64,000 nt of DNA, from the NCBI GenBank assembly GCA_000708835.1, contig DF237072.1, positions 62,001 through 126,000 on the forward strand. The letters run 5' to 3'. The stretch is from Klebsormidium nitens (lineage: Eukaryota; Plantae; Klebsormidiophyceae). Under the pieces are notes generated by a model. The model worked only from the letters and a program-made list of their open reading frames with translations, was not told where the DNA came from and searched no databases. How positions within the stretch are numbered: position 1 is the stretch's first letter; each line of letters starts with the position of its first letter. The position numbers were made by a program, and so were the translations under genes. Positions 1 through 12,400 of the stretch are shown here, piece after piece.

Positions 1-23
1 AAGTGGATGCACGCCCAACTTAC

Positions 24-2970
24 CTCAATAAAGCCTTTCGTGTTCAGCGGCACCAGCCCCCCTTTCAGAAAGTCGGTGTTCGGTTTTCCGCCAACGGTCA
101 TGTATACGATTTCAGCGTCGAAGCTTCGGCCGTCGGCGGTGGAGTACACCCCGTCCGCGTTCTTTGAAGCACGAGTGTTCACGTGGATCTGGAGACGGGA
201 TGACCGCATGGCAAACTATCTGGTGTCTCGGAACGAAGTTAGCGCCGTCTCGTCGAAGAAAAGTTGGACTAGTTCAATCGAGTAAGTGACCCGACTGCTT
301 CAATTCGTTGGATCGAACAGGGCAAGCCAGTGGCTGAAGCGCAAACTGCAGTCGTGCCAGAATTTTCCTTGGTTGCCAGGTGATGCGGGGCCTTATCAAA
401 TATTAACTTCATGTCAACATACATTGCAATACCGTGGCATCAGACACAGCTGAATTTTGATGAAGCACCTGCCGCCTTAACCCAACCTCACGTTCAACTA
501 ATCGTGCCCCTGACGCAGGGGTGCAAAGTCTGCTAAAGCTTGCCTTCCAAAACATAGGAATCGCCGAGTCTGGGGCTCACTGGAAAGCTAGGCAGGTCGG
601 CTGATTGAGCACACGTGATCTTTCTCTCGCTGTGGGCAATCCCAACTTCGGTTCGACCATAAGCCTAGATCGTCAACCCTGAACCTTGAATCCTACTCGC
701 AAAACTAGTGATCACTCCCCTCCACATTGAACGCCGACTCTTGACACCAACAGATGTCGTTTCCTTGAATGAGCACTAACAGGATTCATGGAATGTGAAC
801 TAGGGCCGGCGGAGTTTCCTGGAGCCTCACCTCTACTCCTTGTCTTTCGAGATGATCCTTCGCCGCAACCCCAATCTCCGCAGGCTTGTCGGCAATCAGC
901 CGCTCTCCAGATGTAAGCAGAGTGATCTTCTTGTTTGGCATTTTACTTAAGACCTCCCCTGCTAATTCAACCCCCACTATGCCCCCTCCAATGATAAGAA
1001 TACGTGTGGCAGATCGCAGCCGAGCGTGCTCTTGCTGCAGATGTCGAAAGGAAGGTAAACGTTTTGAGGATGCCCGCAGGGGGAGTCACGTGTTCAGTGC
1101 ATTGTTAGCGTTCTCCGGAGCAACTTGCCAGGATCAGATTCCCTACAAGCTCGGGTAAGCTATGGTCAGGATTTTCAAGCTATGATCAGGATTTTCAATC
1201 CTAGGCCGGGGACGATGCGTGAAAGTCGGAGAGACACCCTTTCGGCGGGACCTGCCTCTTGGCACCATAAGCGCAGCCAGTGATGCAAGCTGCGACTTCC
1301 AGTTGAAACTGACAGCTGAGAGCGAGACGTGGTGAACATTCCCAAGCTGCCTACTTACATACTGATCGTCCCTACCAGGCATAGCTACTCACACCGCATG
1401 ACACAGTGTTGAAACGTCAAGAAACAGGTGGCAAAAATACATGGTAATTTCTTCTCCTAAATAGTGGATGGCACGTCCTACCTGAATGATGTTCTGGCGC
1501 TCCTCGAGCGAGTGGCAGAAGGCCTTGATAGGACCTTCCGCATACGTTGACCCAGGCGCAAGGATGAGCCACTCATACGCAAGGTCCCAGGGCCCTGTCA
1601 GCGCGCCGTTGTCCACTGTCACATGGTCTTCATGCACTGCAAGGACGCGCCCCTTGACCATCCGACCTGTAGGCAATGTGAGAGTCGATTGGATAAGGTA
1701 GACGGTCCTCCCTTGCGCGATTTGCCTACTTGAGATCGAGAGGTCAGTTAGTCAAGTCGACAGGGTTTGACAACCCTGCCTCCTCCAGTTGCATTTTGTG
1801 ATACGCAGCAATTGGTACGGCCTGATTGCCAAACATGGAAACATGCCTTCGTCTGGAAGGAGTTTTGCTCTGAAGAATGGGAATACGGGTGCAAAGATTG
1901 GGATTCGACGGCTGGTGCCAGCAAGGGACAAGGACTTGAAAGCCATTCACAAACCAATTATTTAAGTCTTGAACTGTCACTCAATTTGCCAGTGTTACGT
2001 ACTATCCAGTACAAATCATGGCACAATTGGACAAGTGTCACACAACCCATCACACAACTACTCTCCTTCAGCTTGCTCAGCAGTGTTATTTTGAGGCATA
2101 TAAGTCGACCACTATCGCATGTGCAACCAGATCCTGTTTGGTACAGATTGCCCAGCAATACAGCCCTATGAACCAGGGCGGCCCGGACTCAATGCTTTGC
2201 ATTCGTCATTTTCTCATAAGACCTTGCGACGGCTCATCAGTGGGTGGGTTGACCTCAACCCTGTTACACGCACTATTCAGTGAGCCACCAAGCTCACCTA
2301 TGTCTGGAATGTCCTCATAATCAATGAGCACCTTCTTGTGCTGGTGTGGTGCGACGAAGGTCTGGAGCGTACCTGAATTCAGCTCGTGGTAGTCCTTCCT
2401 GTGAGAAGGAAGAAGGATGCAATCTGGGGAGTGGAAGAGCAACTGTTTAAAGTAAGAGGTGGTTTCGAATGAAAGCTGTAAGCGCTGGATATGAGCATGG
2501 CCTACTGCAAGCATCCATGCTCAGAGAAAGAGATGTCTTGAAGCTCTTTTGAAACGCGAACTCTTGATTCTTTTGAGCCTTGCATCAAAAAGCTTCGAAT
2601 GCAGCTAGGGATGGTCGTTCTAGGCGAGCATGGCAGGCTCCAGAGAACCGCTTGTGATTGAGTATCATGAGCAGCTTCTGCTGATACGTGCATGCGGACT
2701 TCCTTGTTGCAAACCACCAGACCTGAGCAACTCAACAAACTGCAAGTGAGGGTGGTTCAAAGCAGATACTCACCCATCAATGATTGTGACATCAGCATGT
2801 CCATTCAGACCCCTGGCAGCATTCAAGCCCCCAGGGCCAGCACCAACAATCACCACTTTTGGCTTCTCTGGTCCAAACAACTTCAGTCTGGACGTCCACA
2901 CGTGCAGTGCTGCCACTTGAGCTTGCAGCTGGCTAAGCAGAGAGTAGAGTGAGGCCATTGCGGTCTGCAT
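24..2970 (-). CDS. AIFM2/FSP1 (AMID)-like FAD/NAD(P)H-dependent oxidoreductase, pyridine nucleotide-disulfide oxidoreductase family; 3' end lies beyond the left edge
   Basis: Phase-compatible GT-AG exons at 2774-2970 (start could also be 2958), 2299-2399, 1482-1666, 831-1034 and 24-188. The spliced protein has KVVIVGAGPGG (FAD GxGxxG), KDYHEL, YEWLILAPGSTY, RILIIGGGIVGVELAGE (NAD(P)H GxGxxG) and VYMTVGGKPNTDFL...LNTKGFIE, in the order typical of AIFM2-like proteins. Confidence 0.88.
1157..1198 (+). repeat. 20-bp tandem duplication in an intron
   Basis: AAGCTATGGTCAGGATTTTC AAGCTATGATCAGGATTTTC. Confidence 0.9.
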
Positions 2971-4559
2971 TCTGAGGCACCAAGCTGTGGCACAGGACAA
3001 GGCCAGCTAAGCGCCACCTCGGACTCGTAGCTTGCTGCCACCCGCAGCCTTAGAGGACACAATTAGCTTCAAGAGGACATTGCAGCTTTCATTGAAAGCT
3101 GCATCAGCACGAGCTGCTGAGAAAGTCGACAGAAGACTTCTGCGATGTACTTTCGCGGTGAACTTCACAGAGTACGCCTTGTATCAGAACACCACGAGTC
3201 CTACTTCTGTGGGGCCCTCGCATTGGCAGGACAGCAAGCTGGGCCGCAAAAAGCAGTACCGCTGAGAACAACTCTGAGCTCCTTTGCTTCTAGATAGCTG
3301 AATCTCAGCACAATCTCAGCTGCTCCTCGACTTTGAAATTGATGCACCTTTGCTTCAGCAGACTACCGCGGCGGCCTTTCCGAGAATCTGCAGTGTGTTG
3401 GAACTGGCCAGTTGGAACCAGGTGAAATGGGGTGCAGTTTGCATGCATGCTTGCGCTGTCAGTGTGAGATTCGTTCGTGCCCCAATGCTGAGCTGGAAGC
3501 CTGATCTGTCACGCGAGCGGGTTGCGTATTAATTGAACTTTAATAGAAGTAGGACTACCGTATGTCGACGGCGCCAACTCCCACCGCTCAGATGAGCGCG
3601 GCCGAGAACGTCGTCGGCTTTAGCCACTCACAGCGCTGATGACGCACAGCTGCACCGTACAGCTTGCACAGCTGCGCAACCCCGGCGCGCAGAACTTGAA
3701 TGCGCCGGCAGTAAACCCTGCGCAGATCTTCCTAGTTTGCTTCCCGTGCACGATTTGACCCTGCACTGATCATGGAACACTTTGAAATGAACTGCCTGGT
3801 TTGATTGACTAGCTAACTTCCTCCTAACTTCACGGCTCTGGCACTCTGCCCGGCCGGTCAGCTTGCAGGCCGTAGCACTTGCATGAGCTAAAGACGTTTG
3901 AACAACTGTCATTTGAAGAAATGAGCCCAACTATAGAGCAACAATTAAAGAGCTCAGAACCCGCTCAGAAACAGCAAGGCACTAGCAATTCTCCCCGTCG
4001 CCTGGCCCAGCAGAGCTACCGCTCTGCAATTGGATACTGGCATTTCGCTTGGGTGCATTCTGACTGCAATCACTTTGAAGGCTTCCGGACTCATCAACGT
4101 TATGCTCCTCTCTTCAGGTATGAAGAAGATCATCTCGGCTCAGAAGACTTGACGTGCTAGGTTGTGCAGTGGTTTTGTTGGCTTTGACCTTGCAGTGATA
4201 CCATGCAGGCTTTGGAGCTGCATGTTGTTGCAACCCAAGGCATTCTGCGTGTCACATGCCTAATCTTACGCAAACCTCCGTCTGCGGTAGCTCTACTGGG
4301 CAAAGCTTGTGGGAGTCGCAGAACACGTTGCTAGGGACTTAGCAAAAGCAGAGCTTAGGTTTGCAATTCAAAGAATAAACAGTAGGAAAGGACTCAAAAC
4401 TAAGTACAGTGTAGTCCGTTATGACCTTTCATTGATTTGGACGTCGTTTCAAGCTAGCATTGCAGCTGCATGGTCTTGTATACCGGAGCACCGGAGCGTC
4501 CATATCTCTGCTTTCTGGCATGCAGTGAACCATTCATGATTCTCATGGTATGATCATCA

Positions 4560-4588
4560 TGGGCATGGTGATCGGATCACCATGCCCA
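4560..4588. repeat. Perfect 14-bp inverted repeat with a 1-nt centre
   Basis: TGGGCATGGTGATC-G-GATCACCATGCCCA. Confidence 0.92.
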
Positions 4589-6414
4589 ATATCTGAGAGC
4601 TAATTTATGACAGTGAAGCATGGAAGACGGAACAAGTATCTGCATGACTTGTTCTTCAGATTGAATCGTCCTTGCTATCTTGTGGACCGCTTGTTGAAGT
4701 GGTGAGGATGCTTCCGGCTCTGCCATTCGTATACTAGTGGTAGCGAGTGGCCGCGCCCGCCCTATAGCCCTCTTCTAAAGAACTAAAGAATCAGTTTTTT
4801 AATACGAGAATAGTGCATGACACAAGTCATTCCCAACAAGTCCATCCTGCATGATATAGTCCCTGTCAACGTCAGTGCAGCCTCGTGTACACGCTAAGTA
4901 GATTCACCATCATTGATGCATATATGCACCATGTATGCATTAACATTCTGATTTTGATGCATCGAACATGCATCATGGCATCCGATCATGGCATGCCTGG
5001 CCGGGCAGCCACCGCTGAGGCTGCCGGCCAACGATCCGATTAATCAGGTGGAGCACCGTACGCAGCGGCGTGCCGCCTACCGCGCACTGCATGCGGCATG
5101 CACTACTTGCACTTACGCAAAACTACCGACCGATCATATGACAGTGAGCATGCACTGAGGCGATGCCATGATGGCCCAAATCTGAGTCCGACTGAGATGC
5201 ATGCGGCATGGTCGGTTGGATTCCTTTTGGTAATCAGCCAGATCAAGAGGAGGGAATCTTTCGTAGAGTATGCGTATAAGGCTGCTTGCCATCGTCTTTT
5301 TGAAAGGCGTCCACCAATCATTTTTTGGGAAGGTTTATCGTCTTAAGGGAGACCGACGTTGACGATCGACAGAATCGGCTGCCGTATACAGAGGTGTCAA
5401 AGGAGTCCTTGGCGCTACACATCTTTGGCATAGGTGGCTGACCCATGTTCTCGAAACCTTCAGATCAATCAGCGCAGCATCCCTCCCACCGGAACTGTCC
5501 CTAAACTTACTCGATGAACGAACGACGCCTTGCCTGAGCGGGCCGTCATGATTTCTTTTGTTCGCTTTGCCGTTTGATCTTGGATGCTTGATCTCTTTCT
5601 TGAGCGGCTCCAGAAAGCTTTGACGACAACCAATCTTCAACAATTCATCAAGTACCTGCTCAGAAATGGACGTTAGAGGATAACAAAGCTTTGTTAAGAT
5701 TTCTAGGTTGTATGATAAAATACTCCAAGCTTTGAAACACTGTGCAGAAGCTGAAAGAAGCAACGGACAAACAAAAACTAAGTGATGGCCGTGGGGTTAC
5801 TATAGACAGGCCAAAACCGAAACCATTCCTAGGCAACTTTACGATAGCGCAGAAGTCTGGAAAACACACGACGTGCCACCTACCATCTCAGACTGGAAAC
5901 GACCTGCAAAAGAAAGAACACAAATGAGGAGCTAAGCCTATTCTGTCTCAAAGGTAAGTCTCATGAGCACGCTCAGCTTCCATTGTGCACATCCGTTTGT
6001 GCAACCATCGACTTTAGCTCTTCGTGCCCCCTTCACGTAGTCAAGCAGACCTAAGGCAAATCAATACCCCAGTTGCAAGATCTTCGTCCCCTGCTTTTGC
6101 TTTCAAAAAATTTCCAGATCCTACTTGATAGCAAACAAATACTAAGCAAGTCAATCAAGCGAACGGTAAGAAAGGTTTGATAAGCTTGCCCTTCATGCCG
6201 TACGCCCTGAGGCTTCCGGTCGTCCTGCCGTTGCAGCCCTCCCCGCCCCTAGTTCGCAAAGAAACTCACGTTACAGAGTGCAGCGCTAGTGATGGGCTCA
6301 CGCTTGAACTCAACGCCACTGATTATTGATAGTACCATTTATGTACGGCGAGATGTTGGAATCGCGTCTTAATCTAACGTCCTTGAAACTTGAAGTACTA
6401 GACCCTTAAACCTC

Positions 6415-9400
6415 CTAAAGCCCGTTGACCCGCGTTACTAACAAGCGAAGCTCCTCCGCAGCCCTCTCTTCTCCCGCCTCTCTACAGCGTTTCGCCAACT
6501 CGTCCCATAACCCACTTTCGGCTCTCGGTTGTGCTAGAACCAACGCCTCGAAGACGAGCGGGATGCTCCACGACTCAAATAGCTCAGCCCGAATTGCGGG
6601 CCCGTCGGAACTACTCTTTAGCCCAAGCTTGCCGCTTGCTAAGCTGAGGGCGACGTTTCCAGGGGTGCACCGCAAAAGGTGCTCTAGAGCGGCAACTAAT
6701 TCTTGTACTCTTTCCGGCGAAACCTCACCCCCGCGTCCGTTGAGGAGGCTTTTGATCTCCGGCAGCCATGCGGAAATGACGTGGTTCACCAAAGAGTAGT
6801 CCCAGGCGGTCTTGTTCCACCAAGCGTGACGGAGTTGCTCTCTCAAGCCCTCGCTCGTGACGTCATCCCAAGGGGGCGCCAAAGGGCGCAGCTCGAGGGC
6901 GGGCCACCGAGCCCCCCCCGAGCCACGTGGCAAGAGTGACGTCAGCGCGGCCAGCGCGACGTCCGAGGTGACGTCAGCCGCGAATGTCGCGCGCTGCTCC
7001 GCGACGAGCCGGACGTGTTCGCGCGACTGCGCGAGCGCTTCCAGCGACTTCGCCAACTCGTTGGCTTGAAGTTGGTCGCCTTCGAGAGACGCCTTTAGAG
7101 CGCAACAGCAGAGAGCCTCCACGCAGTCTTTCGGCGACCCGTGTAGCGTCCGCTGCAGAAACCGCAACGCGGCTTCGTCTGATGTCCACTCTCGCAGCAG
7201 CTCGGCGCATCTCAGAACCGCTAGGTACTGGTCGCCCTCCGCTTCCGTTGCTGATTCCGTTCCGTTGAGCGATTCCGCTATGGGGAGCAAGCTCTTGAGC
7301 GCCTCGCTGACCTCCCCGTCGCTCTTCTTTTCCGGACGTCCGTTTTGGCCGCTCACGGGCGTTGTCCGCAATAGCATCGTTGCGCGCCTGTATGCCAAGT
7401 CCGTATGCCCCGGGTAAACTTCTAACAGCTGGTCACACACCGCGAGCGCCTGGTCAACCCCCAATATGAGCCCCGTGACAGATACGCTATGGCTCGCCAA
7501 AGATTGGAGACCCAGCCGCCACGCGTGCGTCGCTTCCTCAGACCCGCCCTTGCTTTCGCTCGCTCTGAAACTAAATTCGTTGGCTGCGATTTGAAAGACG
7601 TGTAAAACGGCCACCTCTGACCCCCGGATGAGTTCAAGCCTAGACTGGTCAAGCCACGTTTCTTCTGGAGACACCAAGACTTGCGCGAAGCCGAGCCTAG
7701 AGGAGGTGCAGTTCGGTAAGACTCCGTATGCTAGCAAATGCGCGCAACTAACCCACAGCACGACACTATCCGAGGGGGTTAGGCCACTCAGAAACACACG
7801 CCCGGCGTTTTCTACTTGTGTTTCGTGCGACGGCGCATCTGCGGTTGCTTGCGCGAGCAATGATTGGACTTCGGCGATAACCGCTTGATGGTCGCCTGAT
7901 TCTGAATGGAGGTGCGGTTGTCGGAGAGTGAGGTCTAACAGGGCTGCGCTAAGGTTAACAGGGTCGCTGTCCTCCTTAACCCGCGTGGTTAAGGAGGAGG
8001 TTATGCTAGAACACGCGCGCTGGCAGATGCGAAGCTTGCCTTCGAGAGTGGTTCGAGTGTTGAGGTAGAAGACCCACAGCGCGTAAGAGCTAGGGTTGAA
8101 GCGGACCTACACGGAGGCAGAAACGGTGTACCAAGCTCTCACTAACTACAGGAAAGAGCAAAATCAAGCAACCAACTTGAGAGATTCGCAGATTCTGCAC
8201 ACGCAGCACGTAGACCAGATTGGTTGTTGACAAGCAAGTCCTTCCAGAGGAACTTTCAGAAGTCATCAGCGCGCAAACGAAAGATAAGAAGCAGACCAAG
8301 CAGCTTTGGGCAACTGAAAGACAACAAGGCGGGTTTGCTCTGCAATAGACACGCTGACCTATCCCATGGAAGTGAATCGAAACTGCCAATCGAAGGACCT
8401 CAAACGAACAACGGCTTCCGAGACAGCAACGGATGCACTCTTCCAAAATACGGACTACGTCAAAATGGGAACGCCTTTGCATGCTCGAATCAGTGTTTCG
8501 AGGGGTCATGATGCTCGACCAACAACACAAAGCAAGACGCAACAGACCGGTCCGATAGATGGGCCCAGCGATCCCACTCCTGCTTCTTGATGTCTACGGC
8601 TTGCGAAAACTTGGCGACGCACTTCCGGGACCAATTAACGCCTTTGAATAGATTGACTCTGTGTCTTGCAGCCGTGACGCTGGAGTTACAAAACTAGACG
8701 GACTCTCAGAAAGCAGATCGCTCAGGGAAGAGTACACTTACTGCTGCCTCGCTTTTTTTCTCCGGCTCGCAAATGAACGAGCAACACACTTTTCAGAAAG
8801 CGCATGCGCTTAACGCACGACTTGCACAGTTGTGCGTCGGAAAGACCACCATTGACTTCCACCCAGAACGGACAGAGTTCTCCAAGATAGCGACGGAACC
8901 CTAAAGAGCAAATAAATTAAAAGGAAAAGGCCAGGCGAGCTCACTGCTGCCTCCATCATCTCCACAGCTTCTTGGTCGTCCTTGGCCCTCCGTATGAAGA
9001 GCTCCAGATACACGGCCCAGAGACAGGGCACCTGCCGGTTCCCCTCGAGGGCGCGGGCTAAAATCGCCAGCGCCTGTGGGAATAAGTAAACAACAAAATA
9101 AATGAAAAACAATGGTACACCATGGGCAGATAGCACATTCCATGCTGTCATCAATAACGACGTTCAGTAACGCAAATTTAGCCAAGGCTAACAGGTCAGT
9201 CCATGAGTAACGCCCACCGGTTTTGCAGGCAAAACGATTGATATTCTTTCAAAGCGGAATCTGATGGGTGTTTAAGGAGGCATAAGCAGATGCATCCGCA
9301 TTTTGGCGCCTCCTCTACTGGACTCTTTTTGTACCCGTCGCTCCACGATCTGGTATTGACTTTCGCGTAACAAGCATACATAACATGAATAGATTCACCT

Positions 9401-12400
9401 AGATAGAACGGAAATTGACGTATAAAACATGGAACACACACCTGGTCCAGCTTCTCGGTGTTTCGGGTCTCCAGATTGTTGTCGACGATGTCCAAAGCCC
9501 GTTGAAGAGCCTCCTCCCAGGACTCGTTCCCGTCCTGGAAGAATACACTGGCGATTGAGCAGAACAGCGTGGGGTGAAGACATTCTTTTTTGAAAGGCCT
9601 GTTTAACAAACCGCAATTTTGGGTCCAATTCGAACGCAGGACGCATTTGGGGCCAACAGAAGTCAGAGGCAAGTCCTAAAAGGGAGCTTACAACAGATAC
9701 CATCAAGCAAGTCACGACCTGACATTCGCTTTCAGAACCCATTGAAGAGCAACAACAGCGAACGGATTTGTCAAACAGGCCCAAGATGATCCTGGCGAAA
9801 TCCCGCTTCGCTGGTCTATTCCGAGCGAGGCCAACCGATTCATTTCACATTCAAATAACAGACATAATCTCCTCTCTAGTTGAGCAATTCACGATGCTTT
9901 TTCTAGGTCTCGAATCTATGAAAAAATCCGCATGAATAACAAGGTCAGTCTACTGGACAGGAACAAAGTAACAACCCCAATCAAAACGATCACCTCGGTC
10001 CGCACCCAAACCCCGCCTAAGCACCGAAGTTACCGCACCCGTCCCCCAAGCATGACGTTAACATTCATATGGCTTATTATTCGTACAACTGAGACTTACA
10101 CGCTTTTGGGCAAGTTTGGCAAGCGATAGCTCAAAGCCTACTTCACTACTAACACACGGTCCTTGACAATTTCAGAACAAAAACATACAAGAGCCAGCAG
10201 ACTCAAAAAGAATCCCCCGACTCCCTGGACGTGCCAGCCAACAGCCAACGCTCAACACAAGCCTTCACCACTTGCCACCTTGAAACAACTCCCCGCAAAG
10301 AAAACCATGTCTCACCCCGTTCTCTACCGCTTCCACCCGTTCCCAGTACCGCCACGTCGACGGCGCAGTCCCGTCGTCCTCCCGCTCTAGTTCGCCTATA
10401 AACGGCATGCCCGCAGTGACCGGCCGCACAAGCCCGGGGGACAGAACCGGGGAGGCGACGGCGCGGGGCGTGCTGAAACCACGGCCGCTCGGGAGGGGCC
10501 TTTCTCGGTGGTCCATCAGGTAGTTGCCGACGCGGTAGATTGGAATGGGCGCTTCGTTCCTGAGAGAAAGTGACGGAGGTTGGGCTTATGATTTTCGTTT
10601 TGTTGATCAAGGGTTTGAAGCCAGTCCGCTTTGACGGGGGGTGTTAAAACCGCGGTTGCACGCGGAGGGGCCTTTCTCGGTGGTCCATCAGGTAGTTGCC
10701 GACGCGGTAGAGTGGGATCGTCGCTTCGTTCCGGAGACAAAGTGACGGAGCTTGAGACATCGCTTTGTTAAGAGATGCACTTTCGCCTGAGTCGGTCCAC
10801 CACTTGCGCGGCCCACGTTTCAGAAATTATCACCTTTTCCCCAGGTCTCTTTCAAGCACGACAAGATCTCAAGGGTCTTTAGTCTTCTAAATGCTTTGAA
10901 AACTAGGACTTTGGGGCGTAAAATGGATAACACTACCACTTCTTGAGTGCTGACTCAACCAGCGGCGGCGCCGGGATGCCCCTTCCGCCCGAGTCGGTCC
11001 ACCACTTGCGCGGCGCACGCTTCGAGAATGAAAACCCGTTCCCAGGTCCTTGTTGAGCACGATAAGACCACAAGGGTCTTAGTCTTCTAAATGCTTTTGT
11101 AGATTCGGAGTTTGAGGCGTGGACTGGAGGGACATACCACTTTTTGAGTGCTGGCTCGACCAGGAACGGGGCCGTGATGCCCTTTCGCCAGGTTTGTTGC
11201 ACCACTTGCGCGGCGCGTTCTTCAAGAGTCGTGACCTTGTTTTCGGTATCTTTTCCTCGCAGGGTGTCGGTTGCCGCGCCGTACCTGCCGTGACAAGAAG
11301 ACGGGCCACAATAAGCGTAGGAAGAAGATCAGGAGCTGCCTATGTGTTTCTCCGCACTTAAACACTTCCGTCAGGAAGAGCGAGCTGAAAGGAAACGAAA
11401 AAGCCTGAACTAAGGACAGCTTAAGACTTGAAGGCCTGAGGCGGCAACGTCTCTGCCCCGGAAGGCGTCTCTTGTCTGCCACGGTCCCCAAATCTGTAGC
11501 ACAAGCAGCGGAACGGCAAAATGATTGAAAAGCGGCCCCTAGCCCGCAGCATTTGCGGCTGATAATCACATGTAGTCCAATCCTTGCTGCAGATCTTTCT
11601 TCCTTGGCTCCTGCCAACGCATTTTTCGCCAGAACATGTTATCCCTGTCACAAGAAGAATGGAAACTGACTGTGAGCTGGCTCAAGAGCCCCTTCTCTTT
11701 CGACATATCATCGCGCATGCTGATACTTGCACCCCGTCTCGCTACACCTCTCACGGATCGCCCTCTATCGCACACAGCGGCCAACCTCTTCCAAACAAAC
11801 TGATGCCCGTCACAACAGACTGAAATCTTACCCTCGAAGTTGCGCCAACAGCCCCTTCTCCTTCAGCACGTAGTCGCGGGCGTGCTGATACTCGCACCCT
11901 TTCTCGCTGCACCGCCCGGACAATACTTCCGTCGCACACAGCGGCCAGTTTGGAAGCACGGCGTTGCTCCACGTCAGCGACTCAAGCTTCCGTCCCCAAA
12001 CCGTTCCGTACTGGGGGGTCAGCCGGAACGACCGGAAGGCTGTGAGCGCCCCTGTGAAAGCACCCCCCGGGGGAGCGGTTTCGGCCAGCAGCGTGGCAAG
12101 TCGCTCTTGGAGCGGGTTTGGGGGTTTGGGCGCATCCAACGGTTTGAGGTTTTGCCGTGGGTCCAGATTTAGAGCCTCTGCGGATTGGGGGGCTTTTGAG
12201 GAACTCGGTGTATCAGGCATCGATGGATTAACGGACTTGGGGGCTGGTTCGGAGCCGCACTTCGGAGATGCTCCCCTGACTTCGAAGCTGCTGTGGTGCG
12301 GAGAAGTCGACGTGCTTGCCTCAATGGGGGTTGGCTCCACTTCGAGCGAGGCGCTTGACGCAAGCGCTGGAATTGATTCAGGCAGAGGCTCTGAGAGCAC

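Noticed and set aside
5335-5763. 142-aa minus-strand ORF with an acceptor-like CAG at 5656, considered as a further ZFC3H1 exon
   Set aside because: The preceding exon ends in an in-frame TAG at 6415 with a plausible C-terminus, and this ORF has no recognisable motif. It cannot be supported without transcripts.
10785-11225. Regularly spaced repeats resembling a CRISPR array or satellite (also 45563-46290)
   Set aside because: The units are degenerate, include exon sequence and splice donors, have no unique spacers and no cas genes nearby, and the context is eukaryotic. They are explained as junction duplications.
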